A stretch of 64,000 nt of DNA from Lachnospira sp. UBA4346 (lineage in GTDB: Bacteria > Bacillota > Clostridia > Lachnospirales > Lachnospiraceae), in the NCBI GenBank assembly GCA_002394205.1, contig DGTC01000027.1, positions 1,295-65,294 of the forward strand. Reading direction: 5' to 3'. Below are positions 18,783-30,577 of this stretch, piece after piece. A program made the position numbers and the translations under genes. The notes below the pieces were generated by a model. That model saw only the letters and a list, made by a program, of their open reading frames with translations, was not told the DNA's origin and made no database searches. Position 1 is the stretch's first letter. Each line of letters begins with the position of its first letter.

Positions 18783-20068
18783 GATAATTTTCCTCCTAAG
18801 ATGTCTGCAAGTGTCATTTCTTCTGTATAATCCGTAGCCGATGCATATACCTTTACTTCATTCTGGTTATCTACGGTTGCTTCATTCATAAGAACAACGT
18901 ATTCTAACTGAGAATCCGCTGCATACTTGCGATACTGTGCAATATCTTTGTCTGCTGCTTCTTTAATTGCTGCAACCGGCATATCCAGTCTGCGAAGCTG
19001 ATTTGCATAAGATAATGTATATCTTGCGTGCGTTGATGGATATACGAGCAACAATCCCTGAATATCAACAGGAATCTTAATATTCTGTCTTGACAATGCC
19101 GCCATCAGACTGTCTACTGTAATCGAGAAACCAATAGAAGCCTTCTCACAGCCAAACTGTCCAATCAATTTATCATAACGACCGCCATTAATCACTGGTT
19201 CCCCTGTTCCAAACGTGTATGCATGGAAAATAATTCCTGTATAATATGCGTGATTGCTCAATGCTCCAAGATCAAAAGAAATATACTTGTCACTTCCTGT
19301 TGCCTTTAATAAATCATATAAATCTTCCAAACGCTCAATTGCTGCAAGACATTCTTCATTCTGTGTAAGACTCTTTGCCTTCTCTAATACTTCAACAGAA
19401 CCAAATAACTGTGGAAGTTCTAAAAGCACCTTTGAAATATGTGCATCAATCTTTAAAGAATCAAGCAGTTCTTCTACACCGAAATAATTCTTTTCCTGAA
19501 TTAAACCAAGAAGCATTTCTTCTTCATCTCCTGAGATTCCTGCTTCCTTTAATAATCCCTTAAAGAACATCACATTGCCAATTTCAACCTGAAATTCCTT
19601 CAAACCGGAATTCTTCATACAATCGATAACCATAGAAATAATCTCAAAGTCTGCTTCAATCGAATCATCACCGATTAACTCTGCACCAATGTTTGTATTT
19701 TCCTTTAATTTGCCCTGATAATACTTGCTTACATTTACAAATGTATTACCAACATAACACAACTTAATTGGCAGTGTATTATCTTCAAAATACTTTGCTG
19801 CTGTTCTTGCAATTGCCGGTGTCATATCCGGACGAAGTACCAGTGTATTGCCATAGCGGTCAAAAAACTTAAACATCTCATTTGACGGCACCGTTCCACG
19901 TTCTTTATTAAACACATCAAAAAACTCAAATGAAGGTGTCTGAATGTCATTATATCCATATAATGTACATACATCATGTAAACGATTCTGTAAAACAAGT
20001 TTACTTGCACACTCCCCATTGTATATATCGCGCACACCCTCCGGTGTATGTAACAAATCCTTCTTCAT
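18779..20068 (-). CDS. hisZ: ATP phosphoribosyltransferase regulatory subunit
   Basis: HisRS-like motifs [27 protein letters not shown]. Overlaps hisG. Confidence 0.92.
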   Translation of the reverse strand: MKKDLLHTPEGVRDIYNGECASKLVLQNRLHDVCTLYGYNDIQTPSFEFFDVFNKERGTVPSNEMFKFFDRYGNTLVLRPDMTPAIARTAAKYFEDNTLPIKLCYVGNTFVNVSKYYQGKLKENTNIGAELIGDDSIEADFEIISMVIDCMKNSGLKEFQVEIGNVMFFKGLLKEAGISGDEEEMLLGLIQEKNYFGVEELLDSLKIDAHISKVLLELPQLFGSVEVLEKAKSLTQNEECLAAIERLEDLYDLLKATGSDKYISFDLGALSNHAYYTGIIFHAYTFGTGEPVINGGRYDKLIGQFGCEKASIGFSITVDSLMAALSRQNIKIPVDIQGLLLVYPSTHARYTLSYANQLRRLDMPVAAIKEAADKDIAQYRKYAADSQLEYVVLMNEATVDNQNEVKVYASATDYTEEMTLADILGGKLS

Positions 20069-20089
20069 TATATTTTCACCTTTCCATAA

Positions 20090-20109
20090 TGCTTTAGTAC
20101 AGTAACGTG
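20090..20109. promoter_or_regulatory. Putative HisR (YerC-type) operator
   Basis: The imperfect palindrome TGCTTTAGTACAGTAACGTG resembles the Firmicute CACTTTA-N6-TAAAGTG histidine box. It lies between the promoter and hisZ. Confidence 0.55.
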
Positions 20110-20135
20110 ATAATTCGTTACAACGTAGTAGTGAA

Positions 20136-20164
20136 ATTATAGCCTATTCCGGCGTGAATGTCAA
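20136..20164 (-). promoter_or_regulatory. Sigma-A promoter of the his operon
   Basis: Exact TTGACA-17 bp-TATAAT. Confidence 0.8.
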
Positions 20165-20165
20165 C

Positions 20166-21434
20166 TTATAATAATTCCCCATGTAAATGTTCTTTGTAAA
20201 TAACAAAACATCCTCTGTGTTTATTCTCTGCAAGCGTTAAGGCTTTCACAAGTTTGCGGTTGATTCTGCCTAAATCCGTTCCGTTATTTGGATAACCTGC
20301 AATTCCAAAATATAACTCTAAATTGTATTTTGGATTCATTAATTTATATGTCCACATAATCTGATTTCGTAATGCTAAAATAAATGCGCGAATATCAATT
20401 TCTGTCGTAAGATCACGAATGGCAAGTGAGAATAAATTGTCATTAATTCTACACACTGCTCCGCGATACCCTACCAGATTTGATGTAATCTGCAAAATGT
20501 TTTTGGTTAAATCATGTGCAAACAACTCGCCCTCTGTTTCCATCAGCTTTTCGATATCTTTCACTTCAAACATCACAAGCGTCAGATTACATGCAGGATT
20601 GTATTCTATGTTTTTGATACAGAAATCCTTTACATTGCTGTATGTTATTGGATAATCATTTGAATATTCATACGTCTTAACAGAAAGTGATCCTGTATTC
20701 TTCTCTGAAATTCCTTTGATATTTCCAATTGCACGAACCGGCTTCATTTCCTGATAAATCGTATTTCCTGTCACTTCAAATTCACGGAATATGGCATCTG
20801 ACAATAATACCGCCTGAAATCTGTGTGTGTATGAAACGGTACCCTTTCTGATATGATTTACCAATTTTAACAACTCTTCCATGGACTCTTTTGCAACATA
20901 CTTCTCATCAACAAGAATTGCTTCAAATTTATCCAATGTTAAAGAATATACGTTGTGAATTTCATTATCAATAAACCGATTAATTTCTAACAAATCTGTC
21001 TCATAATCATAGGTAAAGAACAATTCATTTTCCATCGCAAGCAAATGTCTGAAGTTATATAAATTCTTCTTTAAGACATCATTTTGTATTTTCATTGCAA
21101 GAATATCTGACAGTTCCAGCTCAAAATATTCGAATGTATGAGAATTGCTGTAAATATGTTCTTTTAGTTTAATATGTAACAACACCCAACGATAAGAATT
21201 GTCACATCTTCTCATACGAAGCACCATGCTTGTCTCCGCTCCCACACGAATATTATTGCATACATCTGTAAAATCATCCAAATCTACCTGATGAATAATA
21301 CTAATAATAGATGACAAGCCGGAATCGCCGATAAAACGATACATCGGCTCATTTGCCGTCATAATACTGAAATTATGATCCACAATACATTTTCCGTTGA
21401 TTAACTCATATTTTTCTATATTGTTATTTACCAT
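20166..21434 (-). CDS. PAS domain plus degenerate GGDEF-like domain protein
   Basis: PAS-like IHQVD...RMRRCDNSYRWV. C-terminal GGDEF-like fold with RINDNLF at the signature position. Start placed at ATG 21434 after AAAGGAG. Confidence 0.65.
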   Translation of the reverse strand: MVNNNIEKYELINGKCIVDHNFSIMTANEPMYRFIGDSGLSSIISIIHQVDLDDFTDVCNNIRVGAETSMVLRMRRCDNSYRWVLLHIKLKEHIYSNSHTFEYFELELSDILAMKIQNDVLKKNLYNFRHLLAMENELFFTYDYETDLLEINRFIDNEIHNVYSLTLDKFEAILVDEKYVAKESMEELLKLVNHIRKGTVSYTHRFQAVLLSDAIFREFEVTGNTIYQEMKPVRAIGNIKGISEKNTGSLSVKTYEYSNDYPITYSNVKDFCIKNIEYNPACNLTLVMFEVKDIEKLMETEGELFAHDLTKNILQITSNLVGYRGAVCRINDNLFSLAIRDLTTEIDIRAFILALRNQIMWTYKLMNPKYNLELYFGIAGYPNNGTDLGRINRKLVKALTLAENKHRGCFVIYKEHLHGELL

Positions 21435-21969
21435 GTTTACTCCTTTGCAAGAGGTCTTTCTGAAAAGCCTCAAGATAATGTACGATTATTCCTTTTGTAG
21501 AATGAATCTGATAATCCTTATTAATTTCATCATAAGTAAAACTTTTTCTGCCGCCCTCTTTACCACGTTTCCAGAATTTCATTATATCATCATATGGCAA
21601 ATAATAAAACTCATTCAATTGGGAAAAATATAAAATAATAAAGGAAACGCCTTTCTGTTGTTCAAACCTTGTCATAAAGTCAATCTGATGCTCATGAATG
21701 TTCTGCAATGGAAATGTTTTCGTTGCACATTCCTTTGCATCAAAGCAAACCGGAATTCCCTGTACTACTCCAATATAATCGACTGTACTCTTCTGATCAA
21801 AATAAGCCAGCGTTATCTGATGATTTTTGTGATCTATTTTCATGGGCGTTATCGGTGTTGGTACCTTTTGAATCAAAGCCAGTTGATTCAACATATATTT
21901 TTCATTACTGAAATTGATAAATTCCTCTAATGTTGAGCCTCGAAGTCCTCTTGAATTCCAGGTTCCCAT
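21424..21969 (-). CDS. recU: Holliday junction resolvase RecU
   Basis: Motifs RGSTLEE, QKVPTP, STVDYIG, FDAKE, NIHEHQ. Confidence 0.92.
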   Translation of the reverse strand: MGTWNSRGLRGSTLEEFINFSNEKYMLNQLALIQKVPTPITPMKIDHKNHQITLAYFDQKSTVDYIGVVQGIPVCFDAKECATKTFPLQNIHEHQIDFMTRFEQQKGVSFIILYFSQLNEFYYLPYDDIMKFWKRGKEGGRKSFTYDEINKDYQIHSTKGIIVHYLEAFQKDLLQRSKHGK

Positions 21970-22958
21970 AGATGTTCTCCTTTCATTACCTGCTCAAACT
22001 GCTGCGGCATCGTTGTGTAAATGTGTAACCCTTCTGACAATACTTCTCCTGCCTGCGGAATATTTAATTCATATGCATGCAGCATCTGATTTCTGATATG
22101 ATACGCCTTCTGAAAAAAAACATTAACACTGCTTTTTCCGTATTTTGTATCTCCAATAATCGGATGGCCAATTGCAGCAAGATGTGCTCGAATTTGATGG
22201 CTCCGTCCCGTAATCAAATGCACTTTTAACACGGATAATTGCTCATTTGTTGCAATCGGAATATACTCTGTTTCGATTGGGAGTGCATCCGGTTCTTCAT
22301 TTGTTAAAATTTTAACTTTATTTGTCTTTGCATCTTTTTTCAAAAAGCCTTTGATATTCTGTCTTTGATTCACTCGACCATAAACAATGCACAAATAATA
22401 TTTTTGCAGACTGCGCGCCTTAAATGCCAAGGACATTTCCTGCAAACCCTTTACCGATTTCCCAGCCACAACAATTCCACTCGTGTTTCGGTCCAAGCGG
22501 TTACAGATTCCCGGATGAAACGTCTGTAATGTATCTTTTGTTAAAAATCCCGTATCTACCAAATAATCTGCAAGATATTCCACCATAGAATAATCGGTTG
22601 GCTTTGCTTTCTGCGAAAGCATTCCCGACGGTTTGTCAAATACAATCACATCCTGATTTTCAAATAGAACCGGTACACGATATTTCTGGTACTTCGTATC
22701 ACTGTTTTTATCAGCCTTTTTCGTATCACTTTTTATGCCTGCTGCAAATTTTTCATAGGTCTCGTCTGCAAAAAACATCCGGACAACATCATTTTTTTTG
22801 ATTTTTTCGCTGCCATCTGCTTTCTTGCCATTTAACGTAATATTCTTTTTGCGCAGCATTTTATATAAGAAACTTTTCGATGCCTGTGGAAGCTGCTTTG
22901 ATAAATATTTATCAAAGCGCTGACCTTCCTCTAAATGACTAATCTGAAATTCCTGCAT
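21927..22958 (-). CDS. RluA/RluC-family pseudouridine synthase
   Basis: S4 domain, NRLDRNTSG, TGRSHQIRAH, HPIIGD. Confidence 0.92.
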   Translation of the reverse strand: MQEFQISHLEEGQRFDKYLSKQLPQASKSFLYKMLRKKNITLNGKKADGSEKIKKNDVVRMFFADETYEKFAAGIKSDTKKADKNSDTKYQKYRVPVLFENQDVIVFDKPSGMLSQKAKPTDYSMVEYLADYLVDTGFLTKDTLQTFHPGICNRLDRNTSGIVVAGKSVKGLQEMSLAFKARSLQKYYLCIVYGRVNQRQNIKGFLKKDAKTNKVKILTNEEPDALPIETEYIPIATNEQLSVLKVHLITGRSHQIRAHLAAIGHPIIGDTKYGKSSVNVFFQKAYHIRNQMLHAYELNIPQAGEVLSEGLHIYTTMPQQFEQVMKGEHLWEPGIQEDFEAQH

Positions 22959-22976
22959 TCTTTGTTCCTCTCTGTT

Positions 22977-23546
22977 TTATAAACACATATTCAAAAATGT
23001 CTTCGTATTCCAACCCATACGGTCTGTCATCTTCTGATCCTGCGCATCAAAATTGACTGCAAGATTCTTCACACGCTCTAAAAACGCAGCTTCTTCCGTA
23101 TACAAAGTTACTATAACATGCAACTTATCCGCCTTTAAAAATTCTGTAACACTTTGCTCAAACAAGTCTTTATTCGCCTGTTCCTTCGTATAAGCACAAA
23201 TAACGTGATCTGTAATTACAACTGCCTGTGTACCGATTGGTTTTTTTTCATTTGAAACAATACAATCAAATACCGTCGTCATATCTCCTGCTGTTTCCTG
23301 CATCCGTTCTGCAAACTCCTTATCACACGATTTATGTGGCAATAATACGAAAAAAGAAACTGCAACACGCGCTGCCGGAAGCACACCAACAACCGCAAGA
23401 ACTGTAGCATAGTTATTTTTCGTTCCCGTAATCAAAATTCCAATTACAAAAATCGCAAGAACAATCGCAAATGCAATTCCTGTCCTGATGCCGTTTTTCT
23501 TTTTTAACGCTGTTAAATATCCAATACTACCTTTTCTTTGTTCCAT
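22977..23546 (-). CDS. Hypothetical membrane protein
   Basis: Two hydrophobic segments. Start is probably MEQRK at 23546; the ORF track starts at 23591. Confidence 0.7.
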   Translation of the reverse strand: MEQRKGSIGYLTALKKKNGIRTGIAFAIVLAIFVIGILITGTKNNYATVLAVVGVLPAARVAVSFFVLLPHKSCDKEFAERMQETAGDMTTVFDCIVSNEKKPIGTQAVVITDHVICAYTKEQANKDLFEQSVTEFLKADKLHVIVTLYTEEAAFLERVKNLAVNFDAQDQKMTDRMGWNTKTFLNMCL

Positions 23547-25578
23547 GATGTGCACGCATCCTTCCCTGACTATTATTGTGCTTGTCTGCATATTGATGAT
23601 TATGTGTCTTGTCTACTCGACTTGAACTGGATGATCTCTTTTTTCCATTTCCGATATTCTTTTCCCTATTTTTAACATCTTTATTTTTATGACTTGCACG
23701 ATATTTTCCTGTTTTTGATACAGATTCCTGTGTTGAACCATTCTTTTCTTTTTTCTTACCCGACTTATATGTATTCTTAGAAAATGGTCTTGGCGGAATC
23801 AGACAATGCTTATCATAACCTATCAAATCTGTTCTGTGATTTGTTATTAAGGCTTCTTTTACCAACTCATAATTCTCCGGATTGCGATACTGAATCAACG
23901 CTCTCTGCATTGCTTTCTCATGGAATGTAACCGGTGTATAGACCTTTTCCATCGTTTCAGGGTCATACCCTGTATAATACATACAAGTAGATAGTGTTGA
24001 CGGCGTTGGATAAAAATCCTGCACCTGCTCCGGAATATAGCCTAAATCTCTAATATACTCCGCAAGTTCAATTGCTTCTTTCATCGTTGAGCCCGGATGT
24101 GATGACATCAGGTAAGGCACAACAAACTGCTCTTTTCCTGTCTTTTTGTTGATACGTTCGTATCGTTTTAAAAATGCTTCATAAACCTCATTCTTCGGTT
24201 TTCCCATTCGTTTTAGAACTGCATCTGACACATGTTCCGGTGCTACACGAAGCTGCCCACTGATATGATGTTCACAAAGTTCTCGAATAAATGTATCATC
24301 TGCATCTGCCATACAATAATCAAAACGAATACCTGAGCGGATAAAAACCTTTTTAATTCCTTCAATGGCACGCAATTTACGCAGCAATGCGATATAATCC
24401 TTATGGTCTACAATCAGATTCTTGCAAGGCTCTGGAAACAGACACTGCTTATTTGGACACACGCCCTTGGTAAGCTGCTTCTTACAAGAAGGTCCTCTAA
24501 AATTCGCAGTCGGACCTCCAACATCATGAATATATCCCTTAAAATCAGGATCATGCGTAATTGTTTTCGCCTCATCAATAATGGATTCATGACTACGCAC
24601 CTGTACAATTCGTCCTTCGTGAAATGTCAACGCACAGAAACTGCATCCACCAAAACAACCTCTGTTATTGGTTACACTGAACTTAATTTCCGATAACGCA
24701 GGGATTCCGCCTAACTTCTCATAAAAAGGATGGTATGTTCTTGTAAATGGCAATGCATAGACATCATCCATCTCCTGTGTGGTCAACGGATATGCTGGCG
24801 GATTCTGTACAACGTAAAGTTTCTCTTTATATTTCTCAACCAATGTTTTTGCCACATACGGATCTGTATTGCGATACTGAATTCCAAAACTTTGTGCATA
24901 CACTTTCTTATCTGCACATACTGCATCATAATCCGGCAATTCGATATAATCATAAAGGTTTTCTATGGTTTTTGCCTTATATACTGTACCTCTGATAAAT
25001 GTAATATCTGAAACATCCAATCCGCTGTTTAACGCATCTGCGATTTCTACAATCGAATGTTCGCCCATTCCATAAGAAATAATATCCGCACCGGAATCAA
25101 TCAGAATGGAATGTTTTACTTTATCTGACCAATAATCATAATGTGCCAGCCGCCGAAGTGACGCTTCGATTCCACCAATAATAATTGGAGAATCTTTATA
25201 GGTCTGACGAATCAGATTACAATACACCACCGTCGCATAATCCGGACGCTTTCCCATCACACCACCGGGCGTATATGCATCCTGATGTCTGCGCTTCTTA
25301 TTTACTGTATAATGATTCACCATGGAATCCATATTTCCGCCGGAAACTAAGAATCCCAATCTTGGTTTTCCTAATATCGTTATACTTTCCTTTACTTTCC
25401 AATCCGGCTGTGATATAATTCCAACCTTATATCCAAATGATTCCAATACCCTGCTGATAATCGCAGGTCCAAACGAAGAATGGTCTACGTAAGCATCCCC
25501 AATTACATACACAAAATCACACTGTTCCCAACCACGCTCCTCCATATCAGCTCTACAAATCGGTAAAAATTTATTCAT
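23527..25578 (-). CDS. YgiQ-family radical SAM protein
   Basis: Motifs [38 protein letters not shown]. Confidence 0.93.
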   Translation of the reverse strand: MNKFLPICRADMEERGWEQCDFVYVIGDAYVDHSSFGPAIISRVLESFGYKVGIISQPDWKVKESITILGKPRLGFLVSGGNMDSMVNHYTVNKKRRHQDAYTPGGVMGKRPDYATVVYCNLIRQTYKDSPIIIGGIEASLRRLAHYDYWSDKVKHSILIDSGADIISYGMGEHSIVEIADALNSGLDVSDITFIRGTVYKAKTIENLYDYIELPDYDAVCADKKVYAQSFGIQYRNTDPYVAKTLVEKYKEKLYVVQNPPAYPLTTQEMDDVYALPFTRTYHPFYEKLGGIPALSEIKFSVTNNRGCFGGCSFCALTFHEGRIVQVRSHESIIDEAKTITHDPDFKGYIHDVGGPTANFRGPSCKKQLTKGVCPNKQCLFPEPCKNLIVDHKDYIALLRKLRAIEGIKKVFIRSGIRFDYCMADADDTFIRELCEHHISGQLRVAPEHVSDAVLKRMGKPKNEVYEAFLKRYERINKKTGKEQFVVPYLMSSHPGSTMKEAIELAEYIRDLGYIPEQVQDFYPTPSTLSTCMYYTGYDPETMEKVYTPVTFHEKAMQRALIQYRNPENYELVKEALITNHRTDLIGYDKHCLIPPRPFSKNTYKSGKKKEKNGSTQESVSKTGKYRASHKNKDVKNREKNIGNGKKRSSSSSRVDKTHNHQYADKHNNSQGRMRAHHGTKKR

Positions 25579-26323
25579 TCTTTTCTAACCCTTCTGCCTT
25601 TTTTGTAATTCGCTGCAAATCTGCAAGTTCTTCCTCTGTAAGTGGACGGTACGCTCCCGCTTCCAGTGTCTCGTCCAATCGTAATGTTCCCATCGACAAA
25701 CGTTTCAAGTACAGCACTTCTGAACCCGTTGCAAGAAACATCTTCTTAATCTGATGAAACTTACCTTCCCGAATCGTAACCAGAATTTCACTCATATCTG
25801 CCGCTGCACGAACAATCTCTAACACAGCCGGCATTGTCTGATATTCTCCGTCAATCACGACCCCCTTAGCAAATGCTTCAATATGCTTCTGCGTAATCAT
25901 TCCTTTGACTTTTGCATAATACTGCTTGTCTACATGCTTCTTTGGTGCAAGCAAATCATGTGCAAGCGCACCGTCATTTGTAATCAGCAGCAATCCTTCC
26001 GTATCTTTATCAAGTCTGCCAACCGGAAACAGATCTTTTCTCGCTGTTTTATCAAGCAAATCAATAACCGTTTTCTGCTTCTTATCCATCGTTGCCGTCA
26101 GAACACCCGCCGGCTTATGCAGCATATAATACTCATATTCTGAATAATTTACCTGAATACCATCTACACTGACAATCGCCTGTTCTCCATCAATCTTTTC
26201 TTCCGGTCTTGTAATCGTTACACCATCGACCACAACTCTGCCTTTTTTAATTTTTTCTTTGACCTGACTGCGTGTTCCCACCTGCATGTCAGCCAGATAT
26301 TTATCTAATCTAATCCATGCCAT
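25571..26323 (-). CDS. RsuA-family rRNA pseudouridine synthase
   Basis: Motifs [30 protein letters not shown]. Start placed at 26323. Confidence 0.92.
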   Translation of the reverse strand: MAWIRLDKYLADMQVGTRSQVKEKIKKGRVVVDGVTITRPEEKIDGEQAIVSVDGIQVNYSEYEYYMLHKPAGVLTATMDKKQKTVIDLLDKTARKDLFPVGRLDKDTEGLLLITNDGALAHDLLAPKKHVDKQYYAKVKGMITQKHIEAFAKGVVIDGEYQTMPAVLEIVRAAADMSEILVTIREGKFHQIKKMFLATGSEVLYLKRLSMGTLRLDETLEAGAYRPLTEEELADLQRITKKAEGLEKNE

Positions 26324-26324
26324 A

Positions 26325-27701
26325 TTACTGCCAACGCCATCCTGCAAGATACTTATTTTTTAAAGATGTTCCATTGAACTTACCCCAGCCTAATGGATAT
26401 CCGTCTACACAGAGCAAGTTCCAGCCTTTTTCCGTCTTGTCTGCATAATCTTCCACGTCAATCGTCTCACCTTTCAGATACTTAATGACACGTTCATCTG
26501 AAACCGGAAGATTGATTACTTTATCATATTCTGACATTTTTAATACCATCGCAAATGCCTGACTCGGTTCAAAGCGGTTCTTCTTAACCTCTCCAAGCAA
26601 TGTACCATTCCTCATAATACGAAGCCCTGTCTCGTCCGGCATACAAGGTGATATCTCATAGACTTTATTATCACGAATCTGAAGATATTCTTCATTGATT
26701 TGGTAGCTCACAGATGCCAGGAATTCTTTTAATTCTTCCGGTAATTTTACCTTTGGAAGTTTCTTTAATGCATGATAATCAATCGGCGAATTTTCATCTT
26801 TCTGCAGCAATGCAAGAAAATGTCCTTCCCCCTGCATCTTATGTGGAAAAATACGAACCGTCTTTTCCATATGCACTTCTTTATCAAAATCATCTTCTAC
26901 ATAACCATGTGCAAATCCTTCATAATCCTTAATATCAATCAATTTCATCTCCGGACGATTCTTTAACAGATGACGAATGGATTCTTCATCTTCTAACTTT
27001 GAAAATGTACAAGTAGAATATAGCATCTTACCGCCCGGTTTTAGCATATCAGCACCGAGCAAAATAATATCTCTTTGAATCTCTGCATAGAATTCCGGAC
27101 CATTTTTTTGCCAACTCTTAATCAGCTTGTTATCCTTACGAAACATTCCTTCTCCGGAACAAGGTGCATCAATTAACACCTTATCAAAAAATGTTGTAAA
27201 ACGGTTTGCAATTCGTTTGGGATCTTCACTTAACACGCACAAATTCGGAATTCCTGACACTTCTACATTCTTAAGCAGTGCCTTCGCACGGGAATTACTA
27301 ATATCATTTGTAATCAAAAGTCCTGTCTGCGCTAATTTTGCTCCCAGTTCCGTTGACTTTCCACCCGGTGCTGCACACATATCAAAAACAACATCTCCTT
27401 CTTCTACCGGAAGGACATTTGCCGGTGTCATCGCACTTGGCTCCTGTATATAATATAATCCTGCAAAATAATATGGATGCTTGGCAGGCTTATCATTTTC
27501 ACTAAAATAAAAACCATTCTCAATCCACGGAATTGGTTTTAATTCAAAAGGCGAAATCCTTAAAAATTCTTCCGGTGAAATTTTTAACGTATTAACTCTT
27601 AATCCATACAAACGACTGTCGTTAAAGCTCTCTAAATATGCCGGAAATTCATCTTTTAACATTTCTTTCATTGTTTCTAAATATTTCTCTGGTAAACTCA
27701 T
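26325..27701 (-). CDS. RsmF/NOL1/NOP2-family rRNA m5C methyltransferase
   Basis: Motifs QEPSAM, DMCAAPGGKST, DAPCSGEGMFRKD, YSTCT. Confidence 0.93.
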   Translation of the reverse strand: MSLPEKYLETMKEMLKDEFPAYLESFNDSRLYGLRVNTLKISPEEFLRISPFELKPIPWIENGFYFSENDKPAKHPYYFAGLYYIQEPSAMTPANVLPVEEGDVVFDMCAAPGGKSTELGAKLAQTGLLITNDISNSRAKALLKNVEVSGIPNLCVLSEDPKRIANRFTTFFDKVLIDAPCSGEGMFRKDNKLIKSWQKNGPEFYAEIQRDIILLGADMLKPGGKMLYSTCTFSKLEDEESIRHLLKNRPEMKLIDIKDYEGFAHGYVEDDFDKEVHMEKTVRIFPHKMQGEGHFLALLQKDENSPIDYHALKKLPKVKLPEELKEFLASVSYQINEEYLQIRDNKVYEISPCMPDETGLRIMRNGTLLGEVKKNRFEPSQAFAMVLKMSEYDKVINLPVSDERVIKYLKGETIDVEDYADKTEKGWNLLCVDGYPLGWGKFNGTSLKNKYLAGWRWQ

Positions 27702-28008
27702 GTCTTTCTCCGTTCATTTCTATCTTAATTTAAAATTGAATTAAAATCTGTTTTTTAAAATTAAATTGGCATCATAGGAACAGCCATTCAAATTTACGAT
27801 AACAATTCAAATATCATAAGAACATTTATATTTATAAAATATCTGATTGAATAAATTCAAACACGTCCTTGACTTATTCATCATTTGAAAGCTGTTCTAA
27901 ATATACGCCATTTATTTCAAGCTATTTTATGTATACAATATACACAACCTGCTCTCTTATCTATTGATTCCCATTTTGTACAAATCCTAACAATTAAGTA
28001 TATCATAT

Positions 28009-28881
28009 TCAATACGGATAATACAGCACTTTCTTTTCACAACTTTTTAAAATCCAATACGGATTCACTGCGTATTCATCTCCAGCTGCATCCGTAACAT
28101 ACACCCCCATATGCAGATGAACGGGAAACTTTCCTTTCGTTCCTTCTGTTCCATACCCTGTATTTCCCATATATCCAAGAAACTGTCCGGCGCAAACATT
28201 CATTCCCTCATGTAATCCTTCCGCATAAGAATCCAAATGCGCATAGTAGAAATACAATCCGTGTTCTGATGTGATCCCAATCCGGTAACCGCCTAATTCT
28301 AACCAGCCAATATTTGTAATGATGCCATCAGACATTGACACCACTGGATATTTTCCTGCAATATTTTCCTGTGCCATAATATCAGTGCCCTCATGCGTCC
28401 GCTTTCCGCCATAAGTTCGCTCATTGCGCCAGGAATTTTCATATGTAACCCATTTTGTAGTTTTCGATGATTGTGGAACCGGAAAATATTTAATATCCTG
28501 ATAAATTCCCTCATAAAAATTTTGCATTTTCTGAAATTGATTTCCGCCAATACGTATCATCTGATTCATATGTCTATTGAATTTTAACTTTGAATAATGC
28601 AACTGTTTTTCATCCGTAAGTTCAAATTCATTCCGTAGCATAAGCACTGTCAAATATGTGCCAACTGACACATTTGTTTTTTCTGCAAATTCTTTCAATC
28701 TGTCAGGTTCAATATTAATGTGTACCTGCCGGAATGTCTCATTTTGAAATGAAAAATCCCGGCTGCTTACATACTGAATCGGCTGATTAAGAAACAGCAG
28801 CAAAATACCACAACCAAACGTACTAAACAACAGCCACATAAACCACTTCCAGTACTGCCTAAAATGCAACATATTTCCCAC
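28009..28881 (-). CDS. M23-family metallopeptidase
   Basis: HEGTD, YYAHL and HLH motifs; N-terminal transmembrane segment. Confidence 0.88.
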   Translation of the reverse strand: MGNMLHFRQYWKWFMWLLFSTFGCGILLLFLNQPIQYVSSRDFSFQNETFRQVHINIEPDRLKEFAEKTNVSVGTYLTVLMLRNEFELTDEKQLHYSKLKFNRHMNQMIRIGGNQFQKMQNFYEGIYQDIKYFPVPQSSKTTKWVTYENSWRNERTYGGKRTHEGTDIMAQENIAGKYPVVSMSDGIITNIGWLELGGYRIGITSEHGLYFYYAHLDSYAEGLHEGMNVCAGQFLGYMGNTGYGTEGTKGKFPVHLHMGVYVTDAAGDEYAVNPYWILKSCEKKVLYYPY

Positions 28882-28959
28882 TTTCCGATTGATATTCTGT
28901 ACTATTATAGCTTATTAGAACATAATCTATATACAAAGATTCTTTTCAGGAACATATTT

Positions 28960-29871
28960 ATGCATTTCAAACGTCTTTTATTCAGCATCTTATGTATTGG
29001 TATATTTTTTTTAATCTTATCAACACCTTACATTGCATTTTCCGGTGTCACAAATGGACTAAAATTATGGACATTCACGCTGATTCCGGCACTCTTTCCT
29101 TCCATATTATTAATTACAATTCTATTAAATGTCATTGATATGCCGCCATTTCTAGCATATCTTTACATACTCTTATCCGGTTTGCTCAGTGGTTTTCCTA
29201 TGGGTGCTTATCTGTGTGGCGAATATCATAAGTCTCACCCAAATGAAACCGTATGCAATGAACTCGCTGCCTTTTGTAATATATCCAGCCCTTCTTTTGT
29301 ATGCAATTATATCATCTGCCAGATTCTTCCGTCAGATTCTTCTCTATTGACAGCCCTGCTTTGTATCTATCTTCCAGTCTTAGAATGTATTGCGCTGGTA
29401 TGTTTGTTAAACTTTAAACAATTTCACCAATCGGGACAGTCCTATACATCTGTCACTGACAAAGTTACACAGCAAAATTCACTATCCTTATCACAATTTG
29501 CGCTATTGATTGACTCCTCTATTCTAAAAACAATCACAACACTTTTAAAGTTAGGCGGATATATCATCATTTTCTCTTGTATAACCGCATATATCCAACA
29601 TGTATGGACAAATCCTCTGTATGCTGCAATCTTATGCTGCTTTACAGAAATCACCACTGGATTACAATGTGCAAAATCCATCCCACTCCCTCTGACGCTT
29701 CAATTTTTCTTAATCATTTGCACGAACGCCTGGGGCGGCATCTCCACCTTGCTGCAAACTGCCGGCATTACCCATGGTTGTGGTATCAGCATAAAAAAAT
29801 ATACATGTAATAAACTTTTGCTGACACTTATTACATTCGTCAATGCATGGTTTATTACATGTATTCTATAA
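28960..29871 (+). CDS. YlbJ-like sporulation integral membrane protein
   Basis: Motifs GLKLWTFTLIPALFP, GFPMGA, EITTG, WGGIS..LQT. Lies next to the coaD cluster. Start placed at ATG 28960. Confidence 0.75.
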   Translation: MHFKRLLFSILCIGIFFLILSTPYIAFSGVTNGLKLWTFTLIPALFPSILLITILLNVIDMPPFLAYLYILLSGLLSGFPMGAYLCGEYHKSHPNETVCNELAAFCNISSPSFVCNYIICQILPSDSSLLTALLCIYLPVLECIALVCLLNFKQFHQSGQSYTSVTDKVTQQNSLSLSQFALLIDSSILKTITTLLKLGGYIIIFSCITAYIQHVWTNPLYAAILCCFTEITTGLQCAKSIPLPLTLQFFLIICTNAWGGISTLLQTAGITHGCGISIKKYTCNKLLLTLITFVNAWFITCIL

Positions 29872-29886
29872 AAATATACCTGCTCT

Positions 29887-30567
29887 TTATTGTTCCTTTG
29901 TTGCGTCATAGACATCTATAGTTGCTTCTGCAACTTCTGTATCTCCTAACAATGCCTCTCGCTCCTGCGTTGTTACAACAGATTCATCAGCCTGTGCAGC
30001 TTCTTCCTGTACAGATTCTTCCGGCTGTGCTACGTCTGTCTGTAATTCCTTACGGTTATTATTTACAACGCCTAAAATATTCTCAAGACCTGACATCAAT
30101 GAATTGTATCGATCTCGATTATCTTTGATAGAATGTTCAATGATATATTGTAACTTTTCTAACATATCATCTGTATACTGAATTGCGCCCATTCTGATTT
30201 CATTTGCATCATTTGTAGCAGCATCCAAAATCTGTTGTGCCTGTTCTTTTGCCTGCTCTAACATCATATTTGCCTGTGCATACGCACGCTGCATAATTTC
30301 ATGCTGATTAATCAATTCTGCTGTCTGCACCTGTGCTTCATTTAAAATCGTCTCTGCCTGTTCTTTCGCATCCTCAATAATCTTATCTTTATTATCAATT
30401 ATCTTCTGGTAACGACGAATTTCATCCGGTGTACTTGCCTTTAATTCATCAAGATATTCTTCAATCTTTGATTTACTTACGATGACCTTGTCGGAAGAAA
30501 AACGATATGGCTTCGCAAGTTCTAATTCTGATTCTATTTCGCTGATTTTCGTTTCAATTCTACTCAT
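29887..30567 (-). CDS. Coiled-coil protein downstream of coaD (DivIVA/ATPase-subunit-like)
   Basis: Repeated AKEQA/ILxxA heptads; usual Clostridial position after coaD. Confidence 0.75.
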   Translation of the reverse strand: MSRIETKISEIESELELAKPYRFSSDKVIVSKSKIEEYLDELKASTPDEIRRYQKIIDNKDKIIEDAKEQAETILNEAQVQTAELINQHEIMQRAYAQANMMLEQAKEQAQQILDAATNDANEIRMGAIQYTDDMLEKLQYIIEHSIKDNRDRYNSLMSGLENILGVVNNNRKELQTDVAQPEESVQEEAAQADESVVTTQEREALLGDTEVAEATIDVYDATKEQ

Positions 30568-30577
30568 TTTCTGCTCC

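Noticed and set aside
21927-21969. 43-bp overlap of the RluA-family gene and recU
   Set aside because: An ordinary operon overlap. Both proteins look complete, with no sign of a frameshift.
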